Assembly: GCA_963675785.1 (NCBI GenBank)
Contig: OY776562.1
Location: 1,152,001-1,216,000 of the forward strand
DNA length: 64,000 bases
Direction: 5' to 3'
From: Anaerolineae bacterium
Lineage (GTDB): Bacteria > Chloroflexota > Anaerolineae > UBA1429
The notes below the pieces were generated by a model that was given only the letters and a program-made list of their open reading frames with translations, had not been told where the DNA came from and searched no databases. The translations under genes and the position numbers were made by a program. Numbering within the stretch: position 1 is the stretch's first letter; every line of letters starts with the position of its first letter. Shown in pieces: positions 28,497-38,522 of the stretch.

Positions 28497-30674
28497 ATGA
28501 ATGTAGACCAGCAAGAGCAGCTTTTGCGATTAACACCTGTGCAGCAAGTCTGTGTCGATCACGATTCTGGCAGCCTTTGGGTGCATGGTCCGGTAGGCAC
28601 TGGCAAGACCGTTGCTTTGCAGCAACGGTTGGTGCGCATGCTGGGCGAAGGGATCTATCCACAGAGCATTTTGATGCTCTTGACCAATCGCGCCCAGGTG
28701 CAGCTTTGCGAAGAGGTGCTCTACAGTAGCCCTGCAGCAGTGCGCGGCCAGGCCTGGCTAACGACATTCCCCAGTTTGTGCCGTAAGATGGTGGCTCTCT
28801 ATTGGCCCGAGATTGCCAATGCAGCTGGATTGGATGGACAGCAAGAGCCTTGTTTCTTGAGCATTGAGGCGACGCAATATCATCTTTGGCAGATTGTAGA
28901 GCCGTTGATACAGCAAAAGGGCTATTTTGCAGAGTTGGCCATTCGGCGTGAACGGCTGCTTTCGCAGCTCATCGACAACCTTAACAAGTCGGCGCAGGTT
29001 GGTTTTGCCCACACTGAGATTGAGGAACGACTGACCTCGGCCTGGGCGGGTAGCCCCGAACGAATTACCTCTTATCGCCAAGCCCAGCATTGCGCTTTGC
29101 TCTTTCGGCAGTATTGTCTGGAGCACAACCTGGTCGATTACTCGTTGACTATCGAGCTGTTCAATCACTTTGTACGGCCCCTGGCGGCTCAGGGAGGCCC
29201 GCTGGCCGATGTGCAGCATGTGCTGGTGGACAACTTGGAGGAGAATGTGCCGGTCGCGCTGGACTGGTTGGATAGCCTAAAGACTCGATGTACAACGATG
29301 GTGTTGGCCAGTGATGATTGGGGCGGTTATCGAAGCTTTTTGGGTGCCGATCCGGAGTCAGCGACGGCGGTGGGACAGAGTTGTGAGCAGGAGCTGGCTT
29401 TTGAGGCACTCTTGCGACCTGTGGGCAACACACGAGCCCTTACTGAGGCAGTGTGTACGGCATTGGGCTGCCCCTCCGAAGATAAAGATTCCTGCGCACA
29501 ACCATCGGCGGCTGAGGCGCTCTCGGCAATACGAGGCCAGGGCGGCGCCGAGTTTTGGATTGGCCAGGTGCGCTGGGTGGCAGATACGGTGGCTGAGCTG
29601 GTGACGGAGCGAGGTGTGGCTCCCGAACGAATCGCCCTTATTGCCCCTTATGTCAGCGAGGTCATGCGCTTTACACTGAGTGAAGAGTTGGCTCAACGTG
29701 GACTGCATCTGGCGCTGCTGCGGCCCTCGATGCCGCTCAACGAGCATCCCGTGGTGCGGGCGGCGTTGACGTTGACACGATTGGCCCATCCCGATTACAG
29801 CGTGCGCATCTTTGGTACACCGCTGGTACTGGGCGAAGAGGATGTTGCCCTGGCGCTGGAATACGCCCTGGCCGGCCTGGACAAGGTGCGGGCTTTGGTA
29901 CTGGCGCGAGCAGCCTATGATCCACAAACCACCAGCCTGCGGCCACTTTCTGGCGAGCTCAGCGATCGTCAGCAGGCTGACGCGGCTCGCACCTGGCAGC
30001 GGTTGGGCTATCGCTACCAGGCGCCTTATGAGCGTTTGCAGGGCTGGCTGGCGGCTTATCGCACGGGCATCCCCAATGCTTTGGATGAATTTCTGGGCCG
30101 CCTGTTTGGCGAGGTGCTCTCTCAGCAGGATATGGCGCTGCATAGCGATGCGGCCGGTATTCGCGCCTATGCGCGGTTGGTAGAAGCTGCCCAAGGGTTG
30201 TATGAATCGGGTTTGGGCATGAGCGGCAGTGATCCTCTGGAGACGGGGCAGGCTTTTATGAATCTGGTGCTGGGGGGTATGGCCAGCGCTGAGTATCTGC
30301 TGGATTGGCAGCAGACCGAGGATGATGCCGTGCTGTTGACGCCAGCCTATGCATACCTGACGCGTGAGCAATCGTCGGATTACCAGTTTTGGATGGACCT
30401 GGGGGCCAATGGCTGGTGGACGCGGCCCAACCAACCGCTGACGCACCCGTATGTGCTTTCGCGTAACTGGCTGCTAGGTGCCAAGTGGAGCGATCGCGAG
30501 GAGAACGAGGCTCGGCGAACGGCTTTGGCCCGTGTGCTGCGCGGCCTGGCTTCTCGCTGTACCGGCGGCATTTATTTGGCCTCAAGCCGGCTGGGAATGA
30601 ATGGTGAAGAACAAAGCGGGCCGCTGTTGCGGGCTGTGCTGGTGGCGATGACGAGGTTGAGGGCCAATGGCTGA
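28497..30674 (+). CDS. UvrD-like protein with degenerate motor motifs
   Basis: Walker A GPVGTGKT but Walker B reads VLVDNLEE; later SF1 motifs eroded. Confidence 0.8.
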   Translation: MNVDQQEQLLRLTPVQQVCVDHDSGSLWVHGPVGTGKTVALQQRLVRMLGEGIYPQSILMLLTNRAQVQLCEEVLYSSPAAVRGQAWLTTFPSLCRKMVALYWPEIANAAGLDGQQEPCFLSIEATQYHLWQIVEPLIQQKGYFAELAIRRERLLSQLIDNLNKSAQVGFAHTEIEERLTSAWAGSPERITSYRQAQHCALLFRQYCLEHNLVDYSLTIELFNHFVRPLAAQGGPLADVQHVLVDNLEENVPVALDWLDSLKTRCTTMVLASDDWGGYRSFLGADPESATAVGQSCEQELAFEALLRPVGNTRALTEAVCTALGCPSEDKDSCAQPSAAEALSAIRGQGGAEFWIGQVRWVADTVAELVTERGVAPERIALIAPYVSEVMRFTLSEELAQRGLHLALLRPSMPLNEHPVVRAALTLTRLAHPDYSVRIFGTPLVLGEEDVALALEYALAGLDKVRALVLARAAYDPQTTSLRPLSGELSDRQQADAARTWQRLGYRYQAPYERLQGWLAAYRTGIPNALDEFLGRLFGEVLSQQDMALHSDAAGIRAYARLVEAAQGLYESGLGMSGSDPLETGQAFMNLVLGGMASAEYLLDWQQTEDDAVLLTPAYAYLTREQSSDYQFWMDLGANGWWTRPNQPLTHPYVLSRNWLLGAKWSDREENEARRTALARVLRGLASRCTGGIYLASSRLGMNGEEQSGPLLRAVLVAMTRLRANG

Positions 30675-32946
30675 GCGCATCACAGAGCTTTTCGGTTATC
30701 GCCTGCGCGATGCCCAACAAGAGATTATGGCTTACCAGGGCGGCAAGCTCGCCGTCTCAGCGGTGCCGGGCAGTGGAAAAACGCTCACGCTGGCCCTGCT
30801 GGCAGCCCAGCTCATCGTTGATGGCAAGATTGGCGACCAGGGAGAAGTGTTGGTGGTAACCGTACAGAATTCGGCTGTGACCAACATCTCGGCACGCATT
30901 CGCCAAATATTGGAGAGTGAGCACCTGCCGCCGGTAGGCTTTCGGGTGTGCACACTGCACCGACTGGCGGCAGATATTCTGCGGCGGCGTTATGACCTGG
31001 CCGGCATGGAAGAGACTCTGCTCATCGTTGATGATGGCGAGGCCGGGCGGCTTATCGATCGCGCCATCGATACCTGGCTGGCAACCCACAGCGCCTGGTG
31101 GGAGAGCTTTTTGGGCGAGAACGCTGGCAAGAGCAGTGTGGTGCAGGCCTGGCGTCGTGAAACAGAAAAGATTGCGCACGAGGTTATCAAAGAGTGCAAG
31201 CACTTGCGGCTGCATCCCTCTGAGGCGCGCCAGATGCTGGGCTCACGCGGCGCTCAGGAATCGCCTTTTTTACTGATGGGCATTGAGATATACGAGCTGT
31301 ATGCCCGTTACTTGCAGACACGCGGCGGACTCGATTTCGATGATCTCATCTGGCGGGCGATCGAGGCTCTGAAACAGGACAGTTCATTCCTGACGAGTTT
31401 GCGAGAAGCCTGGCCCTATATTCTGGAGGATGAAGCCCAGGATAGTTCACCGCTGCAGGAGAATATCCTGGCGGCATTGGCCGGTGCGGAAGGCAACTGG
31501 GTACGCGTGGGTGATCCCAATCAGTCTATCAACAGCACTTTTACGGCGGCTGATCCCCGCTATTTCAGGCGTTTTGCCGAACGATCGGATGTGGCTTCGC
31601 TGACACTGCCGCAAACGGGCCGCTGCGCACAGCCCATCATGGATTTGGCCAACAATCTGGTGGATTGGACTACTGCGTCTCATCCTGATGCAGTGATACG
31701 CAGCATGGCCTTTCAGCACCAGCATATGCTACCCACCGATGCAGGAGACCCTCAGCCGAACCCATCTGCCAATGACGCCAAGATCAGTATCCGACCAGAG
31801 CCCTTTGAGACCGAACAGCAAGAGACCACCTGGGTGGCGACCTGGGCGGGAAAGTATGTGAGTATGCACCCCGAACGCACCTGTGCCATCCTTTGCCCCA
31901 CGCAGATCAGCGGCTCGAACTATGTACAGCAACTGCAAAACGCCACGCCACCGGTGCCCTGTGAAGACTTGTTACGTTCAACGCCGCAAACACGGGCGAT
32001 TAGCGCTGTTTTGGCGGATATCCTGCGCTTTTTGGAGCGGCGCGCCATATCTCGTGAGGCAGGGCGGCTCTTTACCCGACTGGCCAAGGGGAATCGCCTA
32101 GCCTGCGGCGGGCAGCATATCGACACCAGCGAACTATCGCCGGATATCGTACGACATGTAGATACTGTGCTCTCTAGCATTCCCACAGAAAACCTGTTGT
32201 TCCCTATGGGCTATGCTACATTGGAGGATTTGCTGCCCTCGGGGTTGACACTTGCTGATGATGAACTCGCGCTCGTCAATCTGTATGTGCGCGGCGTACG
32301 GCGCTGGGTACGGGCCTCTTCGTTGCCGACGGAGGATTTGGTGCTGACCATCGCCCAGGATATTTTCGATACAGAGACAGAGCTGGCCATCGTGCACGTG
32401 GTGGCTTCTTCGCTGAGCTCTATGGCGATGCTGCACCCCGAATGGCATATCGGCGACCTGGCTCACGAACTCGACCTTATCGCCCGCAACCGACGCGCAT
32501 TGGGTTCGCTTTCGCTGGCGGATAGCGGCTATATCGCCAAACCCGGTGCTGTGGTGGTGACCACTATGCACAAGGCCAAAGGATTAGAGTGGGACCTGGT
32601 TTTTGTTACTGGCCTGAACAGCCTGGACTTTCCTACAGCGTTGGATGATCGTTTTCGGGACGAGCCTTTTTTCATGCCCGGGCGGGCACCAGCCATCGAA
32701 GCGCGCAAAGAGCTGGAGATGTTGGTGGGCACGGATTTCGCCCCTCAGGCGGGCGCTGATCTGGTGATCGAATCGCACCGCGAGTACATTTGTGAGCGCC
32801 TACGCCTGTTGTATGTGGCCCTAACGCGCGCTCGATCCAACCTGATCATTACGTGCAGCCGCTCTTTGGGCGAGCGTCAACGCCCCGTCCAGCCTTCGCG
32901 TCTATACACGCTGCTGCTCGAATTCACACAGGGGAGCATGCCATGA
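30667..32946 (+). CDS. UvrD/PcrA-family SF1 ATP-dependent DNA helicase
   Basis: AVPGSGKT, ILEDEAQD, VGDPNQSI, TTMHKAKGLEW, RLLYVALTRAR. Confidence 0.94.
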   Translation: MAERITELFGYRLRDAQQEIMAYQGGKLAVSAVPGSGKTLTLALLAAQLIVDGKIGDQGEVLVVTVQNSAVTNISARIRQILESEHLPPVGFRVCTLHRLAADILRRRYDLAGMEETLLIVDDGEAGRLIDRAIDTWLATHSAWWESFLGENAGKSSVVQAWRRETEKIAHEVIKECKHLRLHPSEARQMLGSRGAQESPFLLMGIEIYELYARYLQTRGGLDFDDLIWRAIEALKQDSSFLTSLREAWPYILEDEAQDSSPLQENILAALAGAEGNWVRVGDPNQSINSTFTAADPRYFRRFAERSDVASLTLPQTGRCAQPIMDLANNLVDWTTASHPDAVIRSMAFQHQHMLPTDAGDPQPNPSANDAKISIRPEPFETEQQETTWVATWAGKYVSMHPERTCAILCPTQISGSNYVQQLQNATPPVPCEDLLRSTPQTRAISAVLADILRFLERRAISREAGRLFTRLAKGNRLACGGQHIDTSELSPDIVRHVDTVLSSIPTENLLFPMGYATLEDLLPSGLTLADDELALVNLYVRGVRRWVRASSLPTEDLVLTIAQDIFDTETELAIVHVVASSLSSMAMLHPEWHIGDLAHELDLIARNRRALGSLSLADSGYIAKPGAVVVTTMHKAKGLEWDLVFVTGLNSLDFPTALDDRFRDEPFFMPGRAPAIEARKELEMLVGTDFAPQAGADLVIESHREYICERLRLLYVALTRARSNLIITCSRSLGERQRPVQPSRLYTLLLEFTQGSMP

Positions 32947-33785
32947 AAGAGACGCATTTCGAGGAGGGGCATGTTTTCAGCCAACATGGGCTCAACACCT
33001 ATGTGCGCTGTCCACGGCGTTTTTACTGGCACTATGTGGTAGAGCAACCCTGGCCCACGGCAGAAGGTGAACAGGCCGCCTTACAGCGCCAGGCGTTGGC
33101 GCGAGGAAGGATCTTTCATCAGTGGATGGCTCGACGCTATACAGGTATCTCGATGGATGCGCTGGCCCAAGCCAGCACTGATCCCAATTTGGTGCGCTGG
33201 TGGAAGGCAGCAGAAACACTTGACATAAACAATTATGAGGTAGGGAAATGGCTGCCTGAGGTGCCGCTGGTGGTGCCTATCGGCCGATTCAATCTCTATG
33301 CCCGCTTTGATCTTGTCTCTGCAGGGCAGGAGGGCGCGGTGACCGTGGTGGACTGGAAAACACTGGAACGTCGACCTACTGACGAGGTGATGCAGCGCCG
33401 CATGCAAACCCGTGTTTACCTGTATGCCGCAGCTCAGGCTGGCCAGGCCCTGCTAAGCGGTGATGGGGTGGTGCTGCCCGAGAAGACGCGCATGGTCTAT
33501 TGGTTTACCAATGCGCCGGATGAGTTGTGCGTGGTGGATTATTCACGCGAGCAGATGCAAAAGGATGGCGCCTGGTTTACTGCCCTGGCAGAAGAGATTG
33601 CCAGCAGGGGGGCGGGCGAGTTTGAAAAGACGGAGGACCTTCGCCAGTGTGCCCGCTGTATGTTCAAACCCTTGTGCGATCGTGATGATATTGTGCTAGC
33701 ACCGGATGAGCAAGCCAGCAGTTGGACGGAAGAAGAGTTAGACCTTTCGCTCGATGCCGAAGGCGGAGAAGAGTTAGAGTTCTAG
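32943..33785 (+). CDS. PD-(D/E)XK nuclease (RecB/AddB/Cas4-like, 4-Cys Fe-S staple)
   Basis: CPRRF, G..FH, RFD..VDWKT, Q...Y, CARCMFKPLC; ATGA overlap with helicase. Confidence 0.9.
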   Translation: MKETHFEEGHVFSQHGLNTYVRCPRRFYWHYVVEQPWPTAEGEQAALQRQALARGRIFHQWMARRYTGISMDALAQASTDPNLVRWWKAAETLDINNYEVGKWLPEVPLVVPIGRFNLYARFDLVSAGQEGAVTVVDWKTLERRPTDEVMQRRMQTRVYLYAAAQAGQALLSGDGVVLPEKTRMVYWFTNAPDELCVVDYSREQMQKDGAWFTALAEEIASRGAGEFEKTEDLRQCARCMFKPLCDRDDIVLAPDEQASSWTEEELDLSLDAEGGEELEF

Positions 33786-33804
33786 AGAAGTTAAGGATAA
33801 GCAG

Positions 33805-33840
33805 CGAGCCTAAGGGATTCTCTTTAGGCTCGTTATTTTT
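33805..33840. terminator. Intrinsic terminator
   Basis: CGAGCCTAAGGGA-TTC-TCTTTAGGCTCG then T-rich tract. Confidence 0.7.
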
Positions 33841-33860
33841 GCAAGCAAAAGCTATTGGAA

Positions 33861-34646
33861 CTAGATGGCCAACTCAGCCAATGAAGCGGCTGTCTTGGTG
33901 TAGGAACAAGGGCCAGTCTGCTCAAAACCGCGCTTGATATAGAATTCGGGATCGGCGCTATCACGCAGAACGACCTCTTGCACATAAGGGGGGCCGGCGA
34001 GAACAAAGGGAACAATATTTGCCGAGTTGGCAGTTGCCTGGGATGCTGCTGCCCGAATCAGCCTGCAAGCATCCGCTGGTGCCAGATGGACGGCAAGCTG
34101 AGGCGCAATACCGCGTTTGACGCGCGCACAAGAGATATTGGGTATCAGGGCATGGGCTTCGCGATACATGGCATCATCGCCACTTACAAATACAGTGGGG
34201 ATACCAAAGGAACCAGCCAGGGCTGCGCGACAGCCAAACTCACCTAGCTCAAGGCCATTGAGTTTGTAGTACTCGATGTCACGCGCATAGGTATGGGGGA
34301 GATTGGCGTCAGGGGTGTTTGACATGGTGTGCTGCCCCAAAAAGAAGAGGCCGTCGAACTGCTCGAGATTCATACAATATGGCGGATCGATGGGGGCATT
34401 GTTGAGCAATCGGGCCCCTTTGGGGAATCTGGTCAGGTCAAGGGAGCCATGATAATGGCCATCCCATACCCAGATTTCTGCGTCAGGGGCGGCTTGCAGA
34501 ATACCTTCTACGCAGGCCGCCAATTCTTGGGTACACAGTTTAACGGCAGCTAGAAACTCGGGCGTGTTGCCCTCAATGCCCAACTGATCCCAGCGGGCAA
34601 CACCAGCGACTCCTTCGAGATCAACAATGACGTAAAAACGTTTCAT
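33861..34646 (-). CDS. M55 family D-aminopeptidase (DppA-like)
   Basis: VDLEG, DGH, GQH, HT, GE, SGDD. Confidence 0.9.
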   Translation of the reverse strand: MKRFYVIVDLEGVAGVARWDQLGIEGNTPEFLAAVKLCTQELAACVEGILQAAPDAEIWVWDGHYHGSLDLTRFPKGARLLNNAPIDPPYCMNLEQFDGLFFLGQHTMSNTPDANLPHTYARDIEYYKLNGLELGEFGCRAALAGSFGIPTVFVSGDDAMYREAHALIPNISCARVKRGIAPQLAVHLAPADACRLIRAAASQATANSANIVPFVLAGPPYVQEVVLRDSADPEFYIKRGFEQTGPCSYTKTAASLAELAI

Positions 34647-34655
34647 GGCTTGGCG

Positions 34656-34943
34656 TTAGTATCTGGCAAATTGGTCGACATCCAGGACAAAGACTGTTGC
34701 CCGATGGGGCGGATGGGTACTGGGAGCGAGTTCAGGATCGATTTCGGGGCCAGCGTTGTCATCGATGATCGTTAGAACCTTTTCAATCTCATCCTCTTCA
34801 ACGCCAATGAGCATGGTCACATAACCTTTGCGCCAGAAACCGCCCGTTGAGGCAATGCGTGTGCACTGCAAATCGGCGGCGTTTAGTCGTGAGCTTACAT
34901 CAAGAGCATATTCATCTCGGACAATGGCTGTGAGAAGCTTCAT
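34656..34943 (-). CDS. PII-like cyclic-di-AMP receptor family (DarA/PstA-like), variant
   Basis: MKLLTAIV, TRIASTGGF, T.LIGV, ATVFVLDV. Confidence 0.8.
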   Translation of the reverse strand: MKLLTAIVRDEYALDVSSRLNAADLQCTRIASTGGFWRKGYVTMLIGVEEDEIEKVLTIIDDNAGPEIDPELAPSTHPPHRATVFVLDVDQFARY

Positions 34944-34986
34944 TGGTGGCTCCTTTCGGTCTGCCCGGCCATCTTGGTCCGGGCGT

Positions 34987-37900
34987 TCACTCGGGTCGTG
35001 TGACAGGCACTGTCAGTGTCTTTTCATCTCCTACAATGCGGATAACCGCTCGTTCCGGGTCCCAGTCGGCCTCACCCTGCCAGTGTATAGCAATGCGGAC
35101 GCGTTTGCCCGGTTTGACATCGCAAAAAGTGCGGGTAACCACCAATTGAGGCATCCCCGGGATTAGCTCAACGTGTGCAGAGTCCAACCCTTGATTCAAG
35201 AGTATCAAACGCCCTGTAAGGTCGCCGCTAGCGAGATCCATTACCAAGTCTACTCTATTATCCACTACTATGAGGTCAGGTTCAAGCATAACATTTACCG
35301 CGGCAGATAGTTCCATATCGCCGCCATTGCTTTCCACTTGGATTTTGGCCGTTTCATAGAGCGAATCAGCAGGGAATTCGTCCATATCAGTGGTGGCGGT
35401 GATGATCACCGAGCGGCCTGTAGAGGCTTCAAAGGATACGTGATCCAACACCAGCCAACGCTGGTCCGAGCGCACGGTGCCTGTGAGTGTGCCCATGCCA
35501 TAGTTAAAGAGCCTCAACGTTGCGCTAACCGGAACACGGTTGATACTCTCTCCCAGGTCCAGGAAGGCGGTGTGGCAAGCAAGTCGCGGATTTGCTACCC
35601 CGACAATCAAGGGAACCTTGGCGCGTCCACCGTCGCTGTTGATGATCAAGGTATTTTCGGTGCTATCGACGCCTTTTTCCAAGCCCATGCCGTAGGCAGT
35701 GGCGGTGATGGTTACAGATTCGCCAGAAAGCAAGCGTCCTTCGGTCTGCGAGAATTCGACCCACAGCGCATCGATCAGAGCCTGCCAGCTGAGCGCCCCG
35801 GTACCACTATTCGTAAGCACCAGTTCGCGCTGCACGGGCGTGGCCAGATCGACATAACCAAAATCGATCGTCTCTGGTTCGACGGTAAGCTGCGGTCGTT
35901 GGACAATGACACTCGCTCGCACAACGAACGATGCGGTACCCGCCTTGACCAACAGAGCATCGACCAAAGAGAACTCGGCGTTAGCCTCGAATGCTGTGGG
36001 ATCCAGATGCACCACGAGATGTGCATTTTGCCCAGGCTCAATCTGTATGGTCTGTTTGTTGGGCTGCAGCCAGGGCACCAGTGGGGTAATCTGAACGGAC
36101 AGAGGGGCCCTTCCCGTGTTGGCAATATCCACGGGCTGTTCGGCGGTTTGACCGAATGGCAGTGTACCAAAGTCAATGTGTGATGTACGCAGTGCAAGCC
36201 GAGGCTTGAGCACATCCAGATGCAGTGCAATATCCTGCGTGCCGCCATTGCTCTCGATCAGTAAGGCCCGGTTGGCGTGGTTGGGGCCGTCCAGGTTCTT
36301 GATGTCAATAAACAGATTAATGGTGGCTGCCTCGCCGGGGCCGAGAGCAAATTCAGAAGGACTGGCATGAAGCCAATCATCGTGAGCACGTATTGTTCCG
36401 GTGAGCAAGGCATTGCCTTTGTTGGCCAACATAAAAGTCAGCTCGGGCGCATCTCCCTCGTGCAGTGCACCAAGGTCAAAAATCGTATTCTCGACGTAAA
36501 GCACTGGGCTGCGCCGTGAGACCCTGGCGGCAATTTTGTCCTGTCCGGCATCGCTATCCAGCAAGATAGCGTCGGCCAGATCATAGCGGCCGCTTTCGAG
36601 GCGTTCGGGCAGCAATTTAACTGGGATGGCCAGCATCTCGTTTTCGCCCAATGTAAACTGTTTTTGGGCGATGGTCAGCCAGGGCACGCGTGAGCCGACA
36701 GTGCCAGTGAGCGTTGCCCCACCTGCATTGCGAATGACGATGTCGCGTTCGTACTCAGAATCCCCCGTGATTGCACCAAAATCCAGCAGCGGTGTTTCAA
36801 CCTGCAGTCGGGCTTGCGCCGGGACAAAGGCGTGCACATCGATTTTGAGCGGTGCTCCCTCCCAGGTTACGACGACATTGCCTTGCTGGCTCATATCGCC
36901 CGGAGGTAGCATCGCCGAGTTCACCGCAAAGATGAGCTGGGCGGTTTTGCCCTGTTTGAGGGTAAAGGTTTTGTCTGGCACATGCAGCCAGGGTGCCGTG
37001 CTTTTGCAGGACACACGAGCTGGAGCAGTGCCGATATTCCGTATCTTGATATTTTCGCGGTGTTCTTCCAGGCCATCGAGCACCAGACTAAAGCGCCCCG
37101 GCGTTACCGAGAGTTCTGCCTTGCCAATTGCAACGGGCTTGGCAGGTGTGGGCATCTGCTGAACAGGTGCTGTCATAGAGATCGGCTCCCTGCTCTGGCC
37201 AAAACGGGGATCGGGATCGAACCCCAGCGTGGCCATGCTCATGCCCCTGGATGAAGTACGCCCTGCGCTGCTTCCATTCGATGTTCCACCTGATTGCTCC
37301 CAAGCGTTATCCATCTGCCGCGCCTGAGCAAGCTGAACCCAACCATTTACAGGCACCAATTCGCCATCCATGCCACTCCACAACTCTCGCGTCAGGTCAT
37401 CAATTGTGGCAAAGCGAGCTTCGGGTTCGCGCCGGGCTGCCCGGGCGATCGTTTTGACCAGTTGTTGCGAGATGCCAGGAACTGCACGTTGCAGAGGAAC
37501 GGGTTTACTGCCCATCTCTAAAAGGCGCTCTGTCAGCAGGGCATAGAGAATACGTCCAACGGCAAACTGGTCAGTTTCGGCTGATGGTTTGCCCGTTTTG
37601 AGTTCAGGGGCGGCATAACCAGTGACACTGCCATAGGGGCCAAAAGTACGTGGCATGAACAGTGCTGTGAGTCCCAGATCGATGATTTTGACCTCGCCTG
37701 CGGCCGAAACCATGATGTGCTGCGGTGCCAGAAAAGGTACATGCAAGCCAGGGTTTGAGGTGTAGAGTGCCGAGAGAGAGGTACAAAGCTGAGCCGCCCA
37801 GTTTCGTGCCAGATCAGGTGTCGTACGAATGCGCTGCTCTTCGATGATGCGCTTCATACTCCAGCCATCGATGTATTCAGAGACCACATAATAGCGCTCG

Positions 37901-38349
37901 CGTTCGGCAAAAACGTCGACAATGCGGGCAATGCCCTGGTTGTCTATGGTACGCCAGGTATCACAGAGGGCATGAAACTGCCGATCCAACTCGCGTTTTT
38001 CATCAGCGCGGAACATCGCCACGGGAAACAGTTCTTTGATGGCATAGTCGACGGTGGGATTTGCCGTATCTACGCCTCTGTAGACGCGGGAAACCGCGCC
38101 AGAAGCCAGTCGAACGCGCAGCTCGTAGCGTTCACCAACGATGTTGCGGGTCTTTTCGCCAAAGGCCTCATGAAAAAGAGCCGTATCCTTGGGGATAGCA
38201 GCGCAATGAGGGCAATCTGCGACGAACCAGGGGCGGATAGTTCCGCACTTGGGGCATGTAAGCGTCAGCGGTGCGCCACAATTGGCGCAGTTAACAGCAT
38301 CCGAGGTGTTAGGATGCCCACATTTGGGGCATCGACGTTTAACTGGCAT
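34987..38349 (-). CDS. Double zinc ribbon - (pseudo)kinase - tandem BACON/ASH-type Ig-like repeats
   Basis: Four CxxC; YAIK, DLG, AAPE but no HRD; repeated I.N.G...L......PWL units. Confidence 0.85.
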   Translation of the reverse strand: MPVKRRCPKCGHPNTSDAVNCANCGAPLTLTCPKCGTIRPWFVADCPHCAAIPKDTALFHEAFGEKTRNIVGERYELRVRLASGAVSRVYRGVDTANPTVDYAIKELFPVAMFRADEKRELDRQFHALCDTWRTIDNQGIARIVDVFAERERYYVVSEYIDGWSMKRIIEEQRIRTTPDLARNWAAQLCTSLSALYTSNPGLHVPFLAPQHIMVSAAGEVKIIDLGLTALFMPRTFGPYGSVTGYAAPELKTGKPSAETDQFAVGRILYALLTERLLEMGSKPVPLQRAVPGISQQLVKTIARAARREPEARFATIDDLTRELWSGMDGELVPVNGWVQLAQARQMDNAWEQSGGTSNGSSAGRTSSRGMSMATLGFDPDPRFGQSREPISMTAPVQQMPTPAKPVAIGKAELSVTPGRFSLVLDGLEEHRENIKIRNIGTAPARVSCKSTAPWLHVPDKTFTLKQGKTAQLIFAVNSAMLPPGDMSQQGNVVVTWEGAPLKIDVHAFVPAQARLQVETPLLDFGAITGDSEYERDIVIRNAGGATLTGTVGSRVPWLTIAQKQFTLGENEMLAIPVKLLPERLESGRYDLADAILLDSDAGQDKIAARVSRRSPVLYVENTIFDLGALHEGDAPELTFMLANKGNALLTGTIRAHDDWLHASPSEFALGPGEAATINLFIDIKNLDGPNHANRALLIESNGGTQDIALHLDVLKPRLALRTSHIDFGTLPFGQTAEQPVDIANTGRAPLSVQITPLVPWLQPNKQTIQIEPGQNAHLVVHLDPTAFEANAEFSLVDALLVKAGTASFVVRASVIVQRPQLTVEPETIDFGYVDLATPVQRELVLTNSGTGALSWQALIDALWVEFSQTEGRLLSGESVTITATAYGMGLEKGVDSTENTLIINSDGGRAKVPLIVGVANPRLACHTAFLDLGESINRVPVSATLRLFNYGMGTLTGTVRSDQRWLVLDHVSFEASTGRSVIITATTDMDEFPADSLYETAKIQVESNGGDMELSAAVNVMLEPDLIVVDNRVDLVMDLASGDLTGRLILLNQGLDSAHVELIPGMPQLVVTRTFCDVKPGKRVRIAIHWQGEADWDPERAVIRIVGDEKTLTVPVTRPE

Positions 38350-38492
38350 ATATTTATCGCCTCGCGTGGTCGCAATCAAGAGTTAGCTGCAGGGGCGGCA
38401 CCGATGGGGTAGTGGAGCATGTACGCATGAACAATGGTGTGCGCACGAAGAAGTCGTTCGCTCCGCGGGCTTTTACCCTGCAAGGATAGGTT

Positions 38493-38522
38493 ATTATAGT
38501 CGCGTTATGTGCAGTTTGTCAA
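38493..38522 (-). promoter_or_regulatory. Consensus sigma70 promoter of the kinase operon
   Basis: TTGACA-18 nt-TATAAT on minus strand. Confidence 0.75.
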
